Assembly: GCA_963710555.1 (NCBI GenBank)
Contig: CAVQAT010000008.1
Span: 2,664,849-2,728,848 of the forward strand
Length of the DNA stretch: 64,000 nt
DNA from: an uncultured delta proteobacterium
Lineage (GTDB): Bacteria > Myxococcota_A > Polyangia > Polyangiales > Polyangiaceae
Reading direction: 5' to 3'
Position 1 is the stretch's first letter. Each line of letters starts with the position of its first letter. Shown one piece after another: positions 29,590 to 38,685 of the stretch. The translations under genes were made by a program, and so were the position numbers. The notes below the pieces were generated by a model. That model was not told the origin of the DNA, did no database searches, and saw only the letters and a program-made list of their open reading frames with translations.

Positions 29590-30195
29590 TCACCAAAGAT
29601 CGCCGGCATAGATGACAATCGTGATGTCTTTCGCTGACTTGGTGCCTTGATTTTCGATAGAGAATGAAAGGGACCTCTTCCCTTCCGTGCAGGCAATGCT
29701 TGCATCGTGTGCGTGGGCCACCAGGTCAGCTCTGGTTTCTCCCGCCTCAACCAGCAAGTTCAAATCGTTGTTGTCCTCGATGCGCTCTCGTTCGCCGCCG
29801 GTCGGCGCGCCGGCTTCCACCGGCGGATCGACGACTACACGGATCGAGTCGGGGAGCCCAGACTTTCCAGTTTGGTCTTCGCTATTGTAGGCGACGGAGT
29901 CAATGAGCGAACTCCCGGGTTCGAGGCTTTGCCCAATCGTGTAGAGTAGCGATTCGCCATTGCCGTGGAGCAGCAACTCTTTCTTGCCGTTCCAAGTGCC
30001 AGAGAATGCAACCCTGACACCCGGCCCCACGCGCAGGTCGCCCTGGTTTTCGATTTGAAAGCCAATGTCGAGCCGTTCGCTGAGTGTTCCACACGTTGCG
30101 TCGGGGGAGGAGAAGTTGAGTCCAGCGACGACAAGGTGAGGGGCCACAGCTGTTGTTGGTCCCGCAGACAGTGCCAGCCCCGCAGTCATCGTCAT
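29590..30195 (-). CDS. secreted protein with two CARDB-like/Ig-like repeats
   Basis: Signal peptide MTMTAGLALSAGPTTAVA. Two repeated modules of the pattern C..G...L.F.IENQG. Confidence 0.5.
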   Translation of the reverse strand: MTMTAGLALSAGPTTAVAPHLVVAGLNFSSPDATCGTLSERLDIGFQIENQGDLRVGPGVRVAFSGTWNGKKELLLHGNGESLLYTIGQSLEPGSSLIDSVAYNSEDQTGKSGLPDSIRVVVDPPVEAGAPTGGERERIEDNNDLNLLVEAGETRADLVAHAHDASIACTEGKRSLSFSIENQGTKSAKDITIVIYAGDLW

Positions 30196-30887
30196 TAGGA
30201 TTCTTATGGGCTCGGCTGAGATGACTTCGCATGAGCGTTTGAAAGAGTCCGCCGGCGCTGTTGTGTCGCTGTATTATCTAAAAAGATATAAGATTAGAAA
30301 ATTACCTATGCTTGTTCCGGTGCGGCTGCCGCATCTTGCGGAAAAGTGCCTCGAAAAGGCAATCGTCAAACTTGGCACGCGACTCGCATAGGTGTCGCCG
30401 TGATGCCAATCAGGGTGTCCCTCTTCAAGAAGCATGATCCCGATGATGAAACGAACGAACCCCAGAAGTACGCAGCTCTTGAGCTTCGTCCTCGCTTCGG
30501 AAATGGGCTCTCTATTGGGAGAGTATCCTTAGGTTGGCATTCTACTGAGACGAATACGTCGCAGAAGGGCCGTCCTGGGAAACCAAGGCGGCCTTTATCG
30601 CGTCCGGAGGGAGGGGCTTTTCTTTCAGGGGTGCTCTTGCCCTGGCGGGAGAGAACAGAGGGAGGCTCTCCGGTCAGGCATTCTTTGCCCGTCTTGGCCC
30701 GACTTTCGTCGGATCGAGGCGGGCCTTTTTGGGTGAAGGTAGCCATCTCGGCCACATTTCCTTCACGTTGCTTTTTTAGTGCGACGGCGCTCGCTCGGGT
30801 CTCTTTGCAGTCTCCCCTGTGTGTCCGCCTTTCGTGTCCTGAGGAGTGATGGTGTGGTCACCGTCTGTGAAACGTATTCACAACTAA

Positions 30888-30959
30888 TCTCACTGTCATC
30901 GGTTCGATTCCGATCCGCCCGAATGTAACGGGCGGTAGCTCAGTTGGTAGAGCATGAGA
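30888..30959 (+). tRNA. tRNA-like locus with circularly permuted gene order. The 3' half (30888-30922) comes first, then a 6-nt spacer ATGTAA, then the matching 5' half (30929-30959). The anticodon loop is not encoded in linear order.
   Basis: 3' half: TCTCA (39-43), CTGTC (variable loop), T-arm ATCGG-TTCGATT-CCGAT, acceptor 3' strand CCGCCCG, discriminator A. 5' half: acceptor 5' strand CGGGCGG (7/7 complementary to the 3' strand), T8A9, D-arm GCTC-AGTTGGTA-GAGC, A26, then TGAGA (perfectly complementary to TCTCA). Every element is in canonical tRNA register. Confidence 0.45.
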
Positions 30960-31444
30960 ACGGGTCTGAACACCCTTCGCCGCAAGGCAACGCTTTTAGG
31001 TAGCGATTTACCGAAACCAGGAACCCAAATATTCAGCGTCGGCGAGGCGCGTGCGGTCTCTATTTGAGAGAATGCGCAGGTCTTGCTCCGCACCAAAGTC
31101 GACTCCTTTCGCGCGTGCGGAGGATGCTTCTTCCCATCTTGCTCGCATGCTTCTGGTCCATCCTGAAGCGCCGAAACAAGACCGGAAAAAGTCTCCCCGG
31201 GCTGCCCGAATGCAAGACGAAAAGCGTCCTTTCGAGGGTGGGCTTCGTCGAGTCCACACGGTGCGGCGGAGCCTTCGGGCTCGTCCCGTACAGCTCCCCA
31301 CGTCAGGTGTGTGGGTTCCACTTTAATGGCGCGGCTCTGGAGGAGCCCGTTGCCTGGCGTTTCGGCGGCAAAGGTCCGCGAGGCGCTCCTATTCATTGAA
31401 GCAGAGATGCTTGCTGAGAAAACGAATGAAAGGAGATCAGAGAA

Positions 31445-32557
31445 ATGTTTGGATTTTACAAGACTCTACGAGTCAAGCTGAATGAGCGGGTCGTGCTGTT
31501 CAAGAACGGACTGCCGGTGCGAGCATTGGGTCCTGGACGCCATCGGCTTTGGGGGCGCGGCTACACCGAGCAACGCTTCAAGGTCGATGATCTGATCTTC
31601 GACGTGTACTCAGAAGTCGCGGCCGTTTTGCCGAGTGACTGGTACCGTGAGATTCAGATCGCCGATCAGGAACGAGCAGTGATCTTTGCCGGTGGTCGTC
31701 CGGTCGAGTTTCTTTGCTCGGGCCTGGCTCGATTCTGGACAATAGATCCTTCCGTGCGGGTCGAGCTGTTCGACACGACTACGGCGTTTCCTTCTCTGTC
31801 CGCAGAGCTGGAAGCGGTTGTGCCAACTGGGCAATACACTCAGGCGACGATTCAGTCCCACGAACGTGGCATGCTCAAGGTGTGTGGAAAGCTAGAAAGT
31901 GTGCTTGAGCCGGGGCTTTACCGATTCTGGAATACCGTCAATCGTCCGGTAGTCATCGACAAGATCGATGTCCGCCGAACAGAGCTTTCGATCACCGGAC
32001 AGGAACTGATGACTCGAGATAAGGTGACGCTTCGGCTCAGCATTTCTGTTGAGTACGCGGTGGTGGATGTCGCATTGAGCCGCCGGGTGACCAGCGTTCG
32101 TGATGCGGTGTACGTCGCTGCGCAGCTCGCAGCCCGTGACTATGTCGCGGGGGTGACCCTTGATGCTTTGCTTGAGGGGCGAGACTCTCTCACTCGAGCA
32201 ATGAGCGCTCAGGTATTGCCTGCCGCTCAGGCCATCGGGGTCAGTGTTGAGCACATCGGTGTGAAGGACGTGGTCCTGCCCGGTGAAATGAAGGTGCTTC
32301 TCAACCGCGTCATTGAGGCGGAAAAGGAAGCCCAGGCCAACGTGATTCTGCGTCGTGAGGAAACGGCCGCAACGCGGTCTCTTGCCAACACGGCGAAGGT
32401 GATGGCCCAGGAACCGGTCCTGCTCCGACTCAAGGAATTGGAAGCCATGAAGGAAATCGCTGAGAATATCAGTGAGGTCCGGGTGGTCATTGGCGCTGAG
32501 GGCTTTGCGTCCCTGGTGCCCGCCCAGTTTCTCGGTGGGGCCGTAACTCAGAAGTAG
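31445..32557 (+). CDS. SPFH/band-7 (stomatin/prohibitin/flotillin-like) domain protein
   Basis: 370 aa. Central band-7 region (KDKVTLRLSISVEYAVVD ... ) followed by a coiled-coil with EAEKEAQANVILRREETAA. Confidence 0.7.
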   Translation: MFGFYKTLRVKLNERVVLFKNGLPVRALGPGRHRLWGRGYTEQRFKVDDLIFDVYSEVAAVLPSDWYREIQIADQERAVIFAGGRPVEFLCSGLARFWTIDPSVRVELFDTTTAFPSLSAELEAVVPTGQYTQATIQSHERGMLKVCGKLESVLEPGLYRFWNTVNRPVVIDKIDVRRTELSITGQELMTRDKVTLRLSISVEYAVVDVALSRRVTSVRDAVYVAAQLAARDYVAGVTLDALLEGRDSLTRAMSAQVLPAAQAIGVSVEHIGVKDVVLPGEMKVLLNRVIEAEKEAQANVILRREETAATRSLANTAKVMAQEPVLLRLKELEAMKEIAENISEVRVVIGAEGFASLVPAQFLGGAVTQK

Positions 32558-32844
32558 GAACAACGTCACGCCGTCAGGCGTGGCGTTGTTTGCCTCTACC
32601 AGTGATATTCTCCGTCACCACGTTTGAGCGATTCGAGGTTCGCGAGACGGTGTCTGATTCAGTTGACATGTGATGGTGGCCCTCGGAAGGAGCCGCGCCC
32701 GAGAGGGAAGTGGCTGTGGCGAATCGCCACGTTTGTACCCCGGTGACACGCCGCGAGTTCCTGAGACGGTCTGCTTTGGGGTAGTACTGACGGTGACTTG
32801 AGCCTGCGTCCGGCGGCACGGCTTATGCACCCGATATTCCACCC

Positions 32845-33879
32845 ATGACTCAAACAAGTTCAAAGAATCGCAAGTTCGTCCTAGCCGAGCGCCCGACAGG
32901 TGAACCTGATGCAAACACTCTGCGTCTTGAAACCGATGATTTGCCGGATCCCCGCGCAGGTGAAATGTTGCTTCGCAACGAGTACCTGTCGCTCGACCCT
33001 TACATGCGTGGACGCATGAGCGACGCGCCTTCTTACGCAGCGCCTGTCGAAATTGGCGAGGTGATGGTCGGCGGAACGGTCGCTGAAGTGGTTCAATCGA
33101 ACGTAGATGGATTCACGAAAGGTGACTGGGTTGTTGCCGCTGGGGGGTGGCAGGACTACGCGATTTCAAGCGGATCGGGTGTTGTCAATCTAGGTAAGGA
33201 ACCAGAAAATCCTTCGTGGGCCTTGGGTGTTTTGGGTATGCCCGGGCTGACAGCTTGGTCCGGTCTTACGCAGATTGGAAAACCCAAGAAGGGCGAAACC
33301 TTGGTGGTCGCCGGAGCAAGCGGCCCTGTCGGCGCAACGGTTGGTCAGATCGCCAAGATTCTTGAACTCAGAGTTGTGGGTATCGCGGGTGGCTCTAGAA
33401 AATGCTCACACGTGGTCGATAGCCTCGGGTTCGACGCCTGCATCGATTACAAGGCAGAGGGGTTTCCCGAGGCGCTGAAAGCGGCGGTGCCGGATGGTGT
33501 CGACATCTACTACGAAAACGTGGGCGGTGATGTACTCGATGCCGTGCTGCCACTTCTCAACACTTCGGCCCGCATTCCAGTCTGCGGTCTCATCTCGCAA
33601 TACAATGCGACAGCGTTGCCGGATGGACCTGATCGACTGAATCTTTTGATGGGTCTCATTCTACGAAAGCGCATGACTGTTCGGGGCTTCATCGTCTTTG
33701 ATGATTTTGGCCAGCTTTACCCTGAGTTTTCGAAGCAAATGAGAGCTTGGTTGAAAGAAGGCAGGATTACTTACCGAGAAGAAATGATCGAAGGCCTTGA
33801 GCAGGCGCCGGAGGCGTTCGCGGGGCTATTGAGAGGTGAGGCATTCGGAAAGCGCGTCATCTACCTGAACAATAAATGA
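32845..33879 (+). CDS. NADP-dependent oxidoreductase of the medium-chain dehydrogenase/reductase family (YncB/CurA / alkenal reductase-like)
   Basis: GETLVVAGASGPVGATVGQIAK nucleotide-binding motif. Overall pattern of the PTGR/leukotriene-B4 12-hydroxydehydrogenase-like clade. Confidence 0.85.
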   Translation: MTQTSSKNRKFVLAERPTGEPDANTLRLETDDLPDPRAGEMLLRNEYLSLDPYMRGRMSDAPSYAAPVEIGEVMVGGTVAEVVQSNVDGFTKGDWVVAAGGWQDYAISSGSGVVNLGKEPENPSWALGVLGMPGLTAWSGLTQIGKPKKGETLVVAGASGPVGATVGQIAKILELRVVGIAGGSRKCSHVVDSLGFDACIDYKAEGFPEALKAAVPDGVDIYYENVGGDVLDAVLPLLNTSARIPVCGLISQYNATALPDGPDRLNLLMGLILRKRMTVRGFIVFDDFGQLYPEFSKQMRAWLKEGRITYREEMIEGLEQAPEAFAGLLRGEAFGKRVIYLNNK

Positions 33880-33985
33880 CTGGTGACTGGCCAGAATCCT
33901 GCGTCATCCAAGGCAGCGGCGGAGCGGCTACTCACTCTCTTTTGATCGCGACAGTTTGCGTCCTGGCCGCGTGCCAATCCTCAGC

Positions 33986-35419
33986 TCACTTACAAACAAA
34001 GTTCTCGCTCTTGGTACACGGTGAGTCGAACCAGGTGCCGCCAATGTTTGCTGCGCTTGAGACGACAGCGCAGTTTCCCGACGCGTTTGGTTTTGAGGAA
34101 TCCCAAAAGTCGTACAATCCATCCACCGTTGCTCCGGTCACGTCTCCTTGCCAAAATTGGGTGCCATCACGCCAACGCCATTCGCCTTCTACCGCCTCGT
34201 CGGATGCTCCGATGTAGAAGGTATCCATGCCGAGGGTGTCGGCAGTGTTGCGCAACCAGCCATTTTCGACTGGATTTTCGATGCGCACGAGATCGAGCCC
34301 GACATTTTCACAGGCCGCAGCGGCGGCCGAAAACAAGTTGCGTTGAGGGCAAAAGACATAGTTGGTTGAATTGAACAGTACGCAGTCGCAGCCAATGGGC
34401 GAAGTGCAGGTCGATGCCACGCACGTCCCGTCGCACTTCCCGGTTGTGCACTCGGCGTCGGCGCTACACGGCTCCCCTAGCGGGTAGGCAACTGTCGGCG
34501 CGGTACAAATTGTTCCAAAGGCATCGAGCCAGCCCCCGCCGCGGACCGCGGGTCCGCGCGCCACGTGCCCTTCGGGGCACAAACTTGAAAACGCCTCACC
34601 ACCGGAGTCCTTCTTCTGCACGCTCGCGCCTGGTACGGCCTCACCGACGATAAACTGCAGACCATTGCCGCTTTCGTTGATTGAGAGGGGGGCGCAGTAG
34701 ACGCGCACTTTCTCCACGTAGAATCCTGCATTTCCATCAAACCCCACGACGGCTTCATTCGACCCGCAGAGAAGTGCCGTCATTTCTTCGTCGCCTTCAC
34801 TGAACCCTAGCCCGCGAATGCGAAGCTCAGTTCCAGGTGTCACACCCACGGACTCGGCGGTGATTTCGAGCTTCCCGCAAATTCCCTGAGATTGCTGGAT
34901 GAAGTCACTTCCGATGCCGGTCCCCGGGTTGGTCCAAACATTGAGTCCGATGAGTACTTCATTATTTGGGCAGGTATCGGCGAATGCCCCTGAGCCGGTA
35001 CCACCATAGAGCAGAGTCATCGCGGCCCCGATGGCGCGAACGGTCGGGTGAAAGCCCTCCTCACCGCCCGTCCCCTCCTCGCCGCCTGTTCCAAGCGGAG
35101 CGCTTCCGCCGCCTCCGCTTCCGCCGCTTCCTGTACCTACCGTTGCGCCACCCAATGACATGTCAGCGTCGCCATCGCCGCCGTTGCCTCCACTGCTTTC
35201 TTGAGGCTCTATGCAGATCCCGGCAGAGGTATCGCAGACTGATTCTCCAAATCCGAGCGTAGCGCAATCCGAATCCTGGCTGCACTGCGCGGCATCTTCG
35301 GGCAGCAAGAGTGAACAGCCGAAAAGCCCAGCGCAAAGTCCAAGGCTTGCAACAAGGCCGTAGAGCTTCGTGCGCTGTGCACTATTGAGATCGAAAGGTG
35401 CCAACGAGCGACGCTCCAT
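33986..35419 (-). CDS. secreted lipoprotein with a C-terminal C-type lectin domain
   Basis: Lipobox LFGCS. Gly-rich linkers. C-terminal CTLD hallmarks: CPQRNLFSAAAAACENVGLDLVRIEN ... WIGASD..EGEWRWRDG ... CAVV ... WFDSPC....FVCK. Confidence 0.7.
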   Translation of the reverse strand: MERRSLAPFDLNSAQRTKLYGLVASLGLCAGLFGCSLLLPEDAAQCSQDSDCATLGFGESVCDTSAGICIEPQESSGGNGGDGDADMSLGGATVGTGSGGSGGGGSAPLGTGGEEGTGGEEGFHPTVRAIGAAMTLLYGGTGSGAFADTCPNNEVLIGLNVWTNPGTGIGSDFIQQSQGICGKLEITAESVGVTPGTELRIRGLGFSEGDEEMTALLCGSNEAVVGFDGNAGFYVEKVRVYCAPLSINESGNGLQFIVGEAVPGASVQKKDSGGEAFSSLCPEGHVARGPAVRGGGWLDAFGTICTAPTVAYPLGEPCSADAECTTGKCDGTCVASTCTSPIGCDCVLFNSTNYVFCPQRNLFSAAAAACENVGLDLVRIENPVENGWLRNTADTLGMDTFYIGASDEAVEGEWRWRDGTQFWQGDVTGATVDGLYDFWDSSKPNASGNCAVVSSAANIGGTWFDSPCTKSENFVCK

Positions 35420-36368
35420 TCGGTTGGACAACAAGCGCGACCTTTTCATGGGAACTGGTTTGAGGCGTTTTGATGGTCAAGAAGACTGCGACTCCGGCAG
35501 AAATGACTGTGGCTCCGAGAAGAATGTCGGTCACGAGGGCTAGATTCTTCACCTTCGATGCGGAGGCTTCCAGTTCGGCTGAGCTGACCCCGAACTTCTC
35601 CTTCTCCTTGTTTTGGTCAGACTTCGCGCCCAGTGCGAGGATTCCGAATGTTGCGGTGCCAGCGGCCAGAGCACCAGTGAGCCCCCAGCTAATATAGACT
35701 GGGGCTCGATTGGGAGGCGGGGCTGGATTGTTACCTTCAAAAGATACCTCCTCGACAGCGGGCAGGGGTTTTACCAATTGGAATTCCACGTCGAGGTGGT
35801 CGCCCCCGGCAACTTCGACGAGTTGGGTCTTTCGCTCTCCTTTCCAGGAGACGAAAATGCGACGACGTCCGACGTTCACGCGCACTTCATTGAGAAGAGG
35901 TGTCGTTCCTATCAAAATGTCATCGACGAAGACTTCGGCACCAGATTCATCCACGGCGAATTTTAAGAAGCCAACCTTCGTTCGAAGCTGCTCAATGGTA
36001 CTCCGCACTTCTTCCTGACGAGTAGCCGAAATTTTGTCTGCACCTTCGCTGAGGAAACGTTCAAAGGCCGTCAGCGCAGCTGCGTAGTCATTCATCTGAA
36101 CATTGACGAGGGCCACATTGTAGAGAATGCGATAGCTAGGAGCTAACTCATAGGCACGTTCAAACTCCAAGCGACTTGCGTCATAGCTGCCCTCGTTGAA
36201 CAGCTCGAGGGCTCGATTGTAGCGTTCTTCCGCCTCGCTGCGATCCGAAGCAGGATCAGTCTCATCGGCTTGTACCGGCAATGTAGCGAAGGCAATCGAG
36301 CATCCCCACCCAAACATGAGCGCGAGCCGGAGACATGTGGGATTTATCCCGGGTATTAGTCGGACCAT
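35382..36368 (-). CDS. TPR-like plus PEGA-like domain protein with a C-terminal TM helix; translationally coupled to the upstream Ser/Thr kinase gene
   Basis: Signal peptide. TPR-like YNRALELFNEGSYDASRLEFERAYELAP. PEGA-like beta segment. C-terminal TM ALVTDILLGATVISAGVAVFL. Start ATG 36368 overlaps the kinase stop (36356) by 13 nt. Confidence 0.6.
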   Translation of the reverse strand: MVRLIPGINPTCLRLALMFGWGCSIAFATLPVQADETDPASDRSEAEERYNRALELFNEGSYDASRLEFERAYELAPSYRILYNVALVNVQMNDYAAALTAFERFLSEGADKISATRQEEVRSTIEQLRTKVGFLKFAVDESGAEVFVDDILIGTTPLLNEVRVNVGRRRIFVSWKGERKTQLVEVAGGDHLDVEFQLVKPLPAVEEVSFEGNNPAPPPNRAPVYISWGLTGALAAGTATFGILALGAKSDQNKEKEKFGVSSAELEASASKVKNLALVTDILLGATVISAGVAVFLTIKTPQTSSHEKVALVVQPNGASLVGTFRSQ

Positions 36369-38005
36369 GGATCGGACGTATCGAGTCGTACTTTGGGAGA
36401 AGGTTGAGGCGGAGTTGAGACGGTCGCTTTGCTTCCGGCAAGGATGGGTGGTGTCTTCCCCTGCCGGAGGCTGGCCTTGTTTTCTGTCTTGATGCTAGCT
36501 TCGTCGGGCAGGGCGTCAGCGGCAATTGCGCTAGGAAGTGGCACGAGATCGAATACGAGATCCCAGTTTTTATTCAATGAGACGACTCGTTCTTCGCTTT
36601 TGAAACCGTCCGCTTCGGCGCGGACTGTCACTGTACTCTCCGAGCTCTTGTGGCGTTCGGCTGTGGGGTTGTCGAGTAACAGCCTGTCATTCCAAAAGAG
36701 ATGAGTTTCCTTGGGGCTAGCAACGATCGTCACCACAACTTCAGTTTGCGCCAGCGCGTCGAGGTCCAGTGTGATGGGCTCAAGCTCTCGGGTATCTGGC
36801 CTGGTCACCAGGAGAGTCGCGAGAATCACGAGCGTCGCCAGCGCGATGGCCCACAATACAGGCTTGCGCAGGCCAGTGGTCAGCGCCTGACTTGAAGAAC
36901 TGGGAGGATAAGTAGCGGTGGGAAGTGAAGCTCCACTATTTCGATGCGCCTTGCGCCAGACGAGCGTGTGAACATTCGGCTCAGCTTCCGATGTGTCCGC
37001 ATTCCTCATCTCTTCATCAATATCGCGCTTCTGCTTCTCCTGTTCTTCGGCGAAGCATCGGCTCATCAATGCTCCTACTTCGTCGCAGCTGGCTTCGCTG
37101 GGTAGCGACTTCTGCAATTCTTCCAAAACCCGCCGAAACTCGGTGGCGTCTTTGAAGCGAGCACTGGGGGAGGGCGCCAGAGCCTTCAGACAAATAGCAT
37201 CGAGTTCGGCAGGAAGGCCCCGAGCGGAGGCCCCGGGCGGCTTCGGCGGTCGATTCTCCAGGAGCAGACCGAAGATGGCCACATCGCCCAAATCGCTTGC
37301 CCAACGCCTGCGGTTTGCCGTGATCTCCCAAAGCATCACCCCAACAGCGTAGAGGTCAGCCTGCATTGTCACCGCGTCTTGTTTGGCTTGTTCCGGGGCC
37401 ATGTACGTCAGCTTGCCTTTGATGGTCCCGACATTGGTTTCAATCGAAGAGCCATTCGCCTTCGCGATCCCGAAGTCGAGAATCTTGATGCGGCCATCGT
37501 ACGTTACGAAAATGTTGGAGGGAGAAATATCCCGATGCACTAAGTTCAGGGCTGACCCATCAAGGTCCTCTTGCTGATGGGCGTATTCGAGACCCCTGAG
37601 GACCTCGATCAAAATTCTCAGCGCGATCGAGAAGTCTAGCCCTTCTTGAGCCACTTTTCGCAGCAGCTGAGTCAGTGAGTGACCTGCGAGGTACTCCATG
37701 ACGATGAAGTGTTGATCGGCGTCTTTTCCCACCTCATAGGTGTGAACAACATTGGGGTGATTGAGTCGAGTCGCGAGTCGCGCCTCCTCAAGGAACATCG
37801 CCTGATATTCTTTTGAGTGAGCGAACATCATGCGTAGTCGCTTGATCACGACCAAACGCCGCACATCGGTCATGCCCTGCTGCAGCGCGAGGAACACCTC
37901 AGCCATTCCGCCTTCGCCCAACTTGAGGATGGTGCGATAGCGGTTCGCGCCGATCGCTCCCGCTTGCTCATGACGATCGCTGGGCGAGGGATTCACTGCA
38001 GGCAA
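36356..38005 (-). CDS. Ser/Thr protein kinase (Hanks-type) with a TM helix and an extracellular C-terminal region
   Basis: GEGGMAEV glycine loop, VIK lysine, HRDISPSNIF catalytic loop, DFG and APE motifs. Hydrophobic segment VLWAIALATLVILATLLV. Confidence 0.85.
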   Translation of the reverse strand: MPAVNPSPSDRHEQAGAIGANRYRTILKLGEGGMAEVFLALQQGMTDVRRLVVIKRLRMMFAHSKEYQAMFLEEARLATRLNHPNVVHTYEVGKDADQHFIVMEYLAGHSLTQLLRKVAQEGLDFSIALRILIEVLRGLEYAHQQEDLDGSALNLVHRDISPSNIFVTYDGRIKILDFGIAKANGSSIETNVGTIKGKLTYMAPEQAKQDAVTMQADLYAVGVMLWEITANRRRWASDLGDVAIFGLLLENRPPKPPGASARGLPAELDAICLKALAPSPSARFKDATEFRRVLEELQKSLPSEASCDEVGALMSRCFAEEQEKQKRDIDEEMRNADTSEAEPNVHTLVWRKAHRNSGASLPTATYPPSSSSQALTTGLRKPVLWAIALATLVILATLLVTRPDTRELEPITLDLDALAQTEVVVTIVASPKETHLFWNDRLLLDNPTAERHKSSESTVTVRAEADGFKSEERVVSLNKNWDLVFDLVPLPSAIAADALPDEASIKTENKASLRQGKTPPILAGSKATVSTPPQPSPKVRLDTSDPWSD

Positions 38006-38685
38006 ATTTGGTGCACCAAAAAAGAAGGGGGGAGCGAACGGCTCAAACGCTTGTCTCCATGAACTCGTGTCCAGACGGCATCAATAGAGGCTATTTCCTG
38101 CACTAGAGACACGCTGGATCATGGGCCGACAAGCGCCACTTCGCAATGTTGGGTCTTGTGGGCGCGGGTAGGTGAGCATGCTTAGCCCTTGGATTTTCGA
38201 GAAACCCGCAGGGAAGCGCAGCGTTGCCGAGGATGTTCTTTCATCTCATCCCATGGGGAGAACTCTGTACGTCGCCTCATGTCACTCGCTGGCAAAGTTT
38301 TGGAAATAGAGACGACGTGCGTGGAGCCGCGTGGAGCACGTTGAAAACACATGAGAGAGCCGTCTGGCCGCGCGATCGCAGACGTCGTCCCGCAGCCATC
38401 GCTGGCGCAGTTTACACAGGCTAAGTAGCACCTGCTTCAGCAATAGCTGAAGTCGCAAGGTTGACGGATTCGCTGGGAGTTGCGGCGATGCGGATGTTCG
38501 CAAGAGCGATGCGGACCATGGCGGGTTTCATCATGACTTTCCTTGAGCGGTTCCTTCGGTTGGGCAGCGAAGAACGAATGCCTTATTCCATGATTCTCCG
38601 CAGTTTAGAGCGGTGGGGGGATAGGCGACATGGTGCACGTTTGTGTCGCCCAGCTAGGTCAGTTGATTCTGCGCCCCATTGGTCG

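Noticed and set aside
30346-30849. 167-aa plus-strand ORF in the large intergenic tract
   Set aside because: Arg/Ser/Pro/Gly-rich composition with no motif. It lies in a region better explained as promoter or leader, and there is no RBS context.
30888-30959. Possibility that the permuted tRNA-like halves are a two-piece (permuted) tmRNA/ssrA gene
   Set aside because: The 5' half has a full canonical D-arm, which tmRNA lacks. There is no G3:U70 Ala identity pair. No CCA is encoded after the 3' acceptor strand. No tag-peptide reading frame (…ALAA-stop) lies within 400 nt downstream.
30896-31396. 166-aa minus-strand ORF overlapping the tRNA-like locus
   Set aside because: Its C-terminus (…MLYQLSYRPLHSGGSESNR) is simply the antisense translation of the D-arm and T-arm. 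This is a classic spurious tRNA-antisense ORF.
38461-38685. Upstream 75 codons of the listed ORF 38461..40230
   Set aside because: The Met/Arg-rich sequence has no signal peptide and is out of character for the protein. The signal peptide beginning at MCYP (38686) is the credible start.
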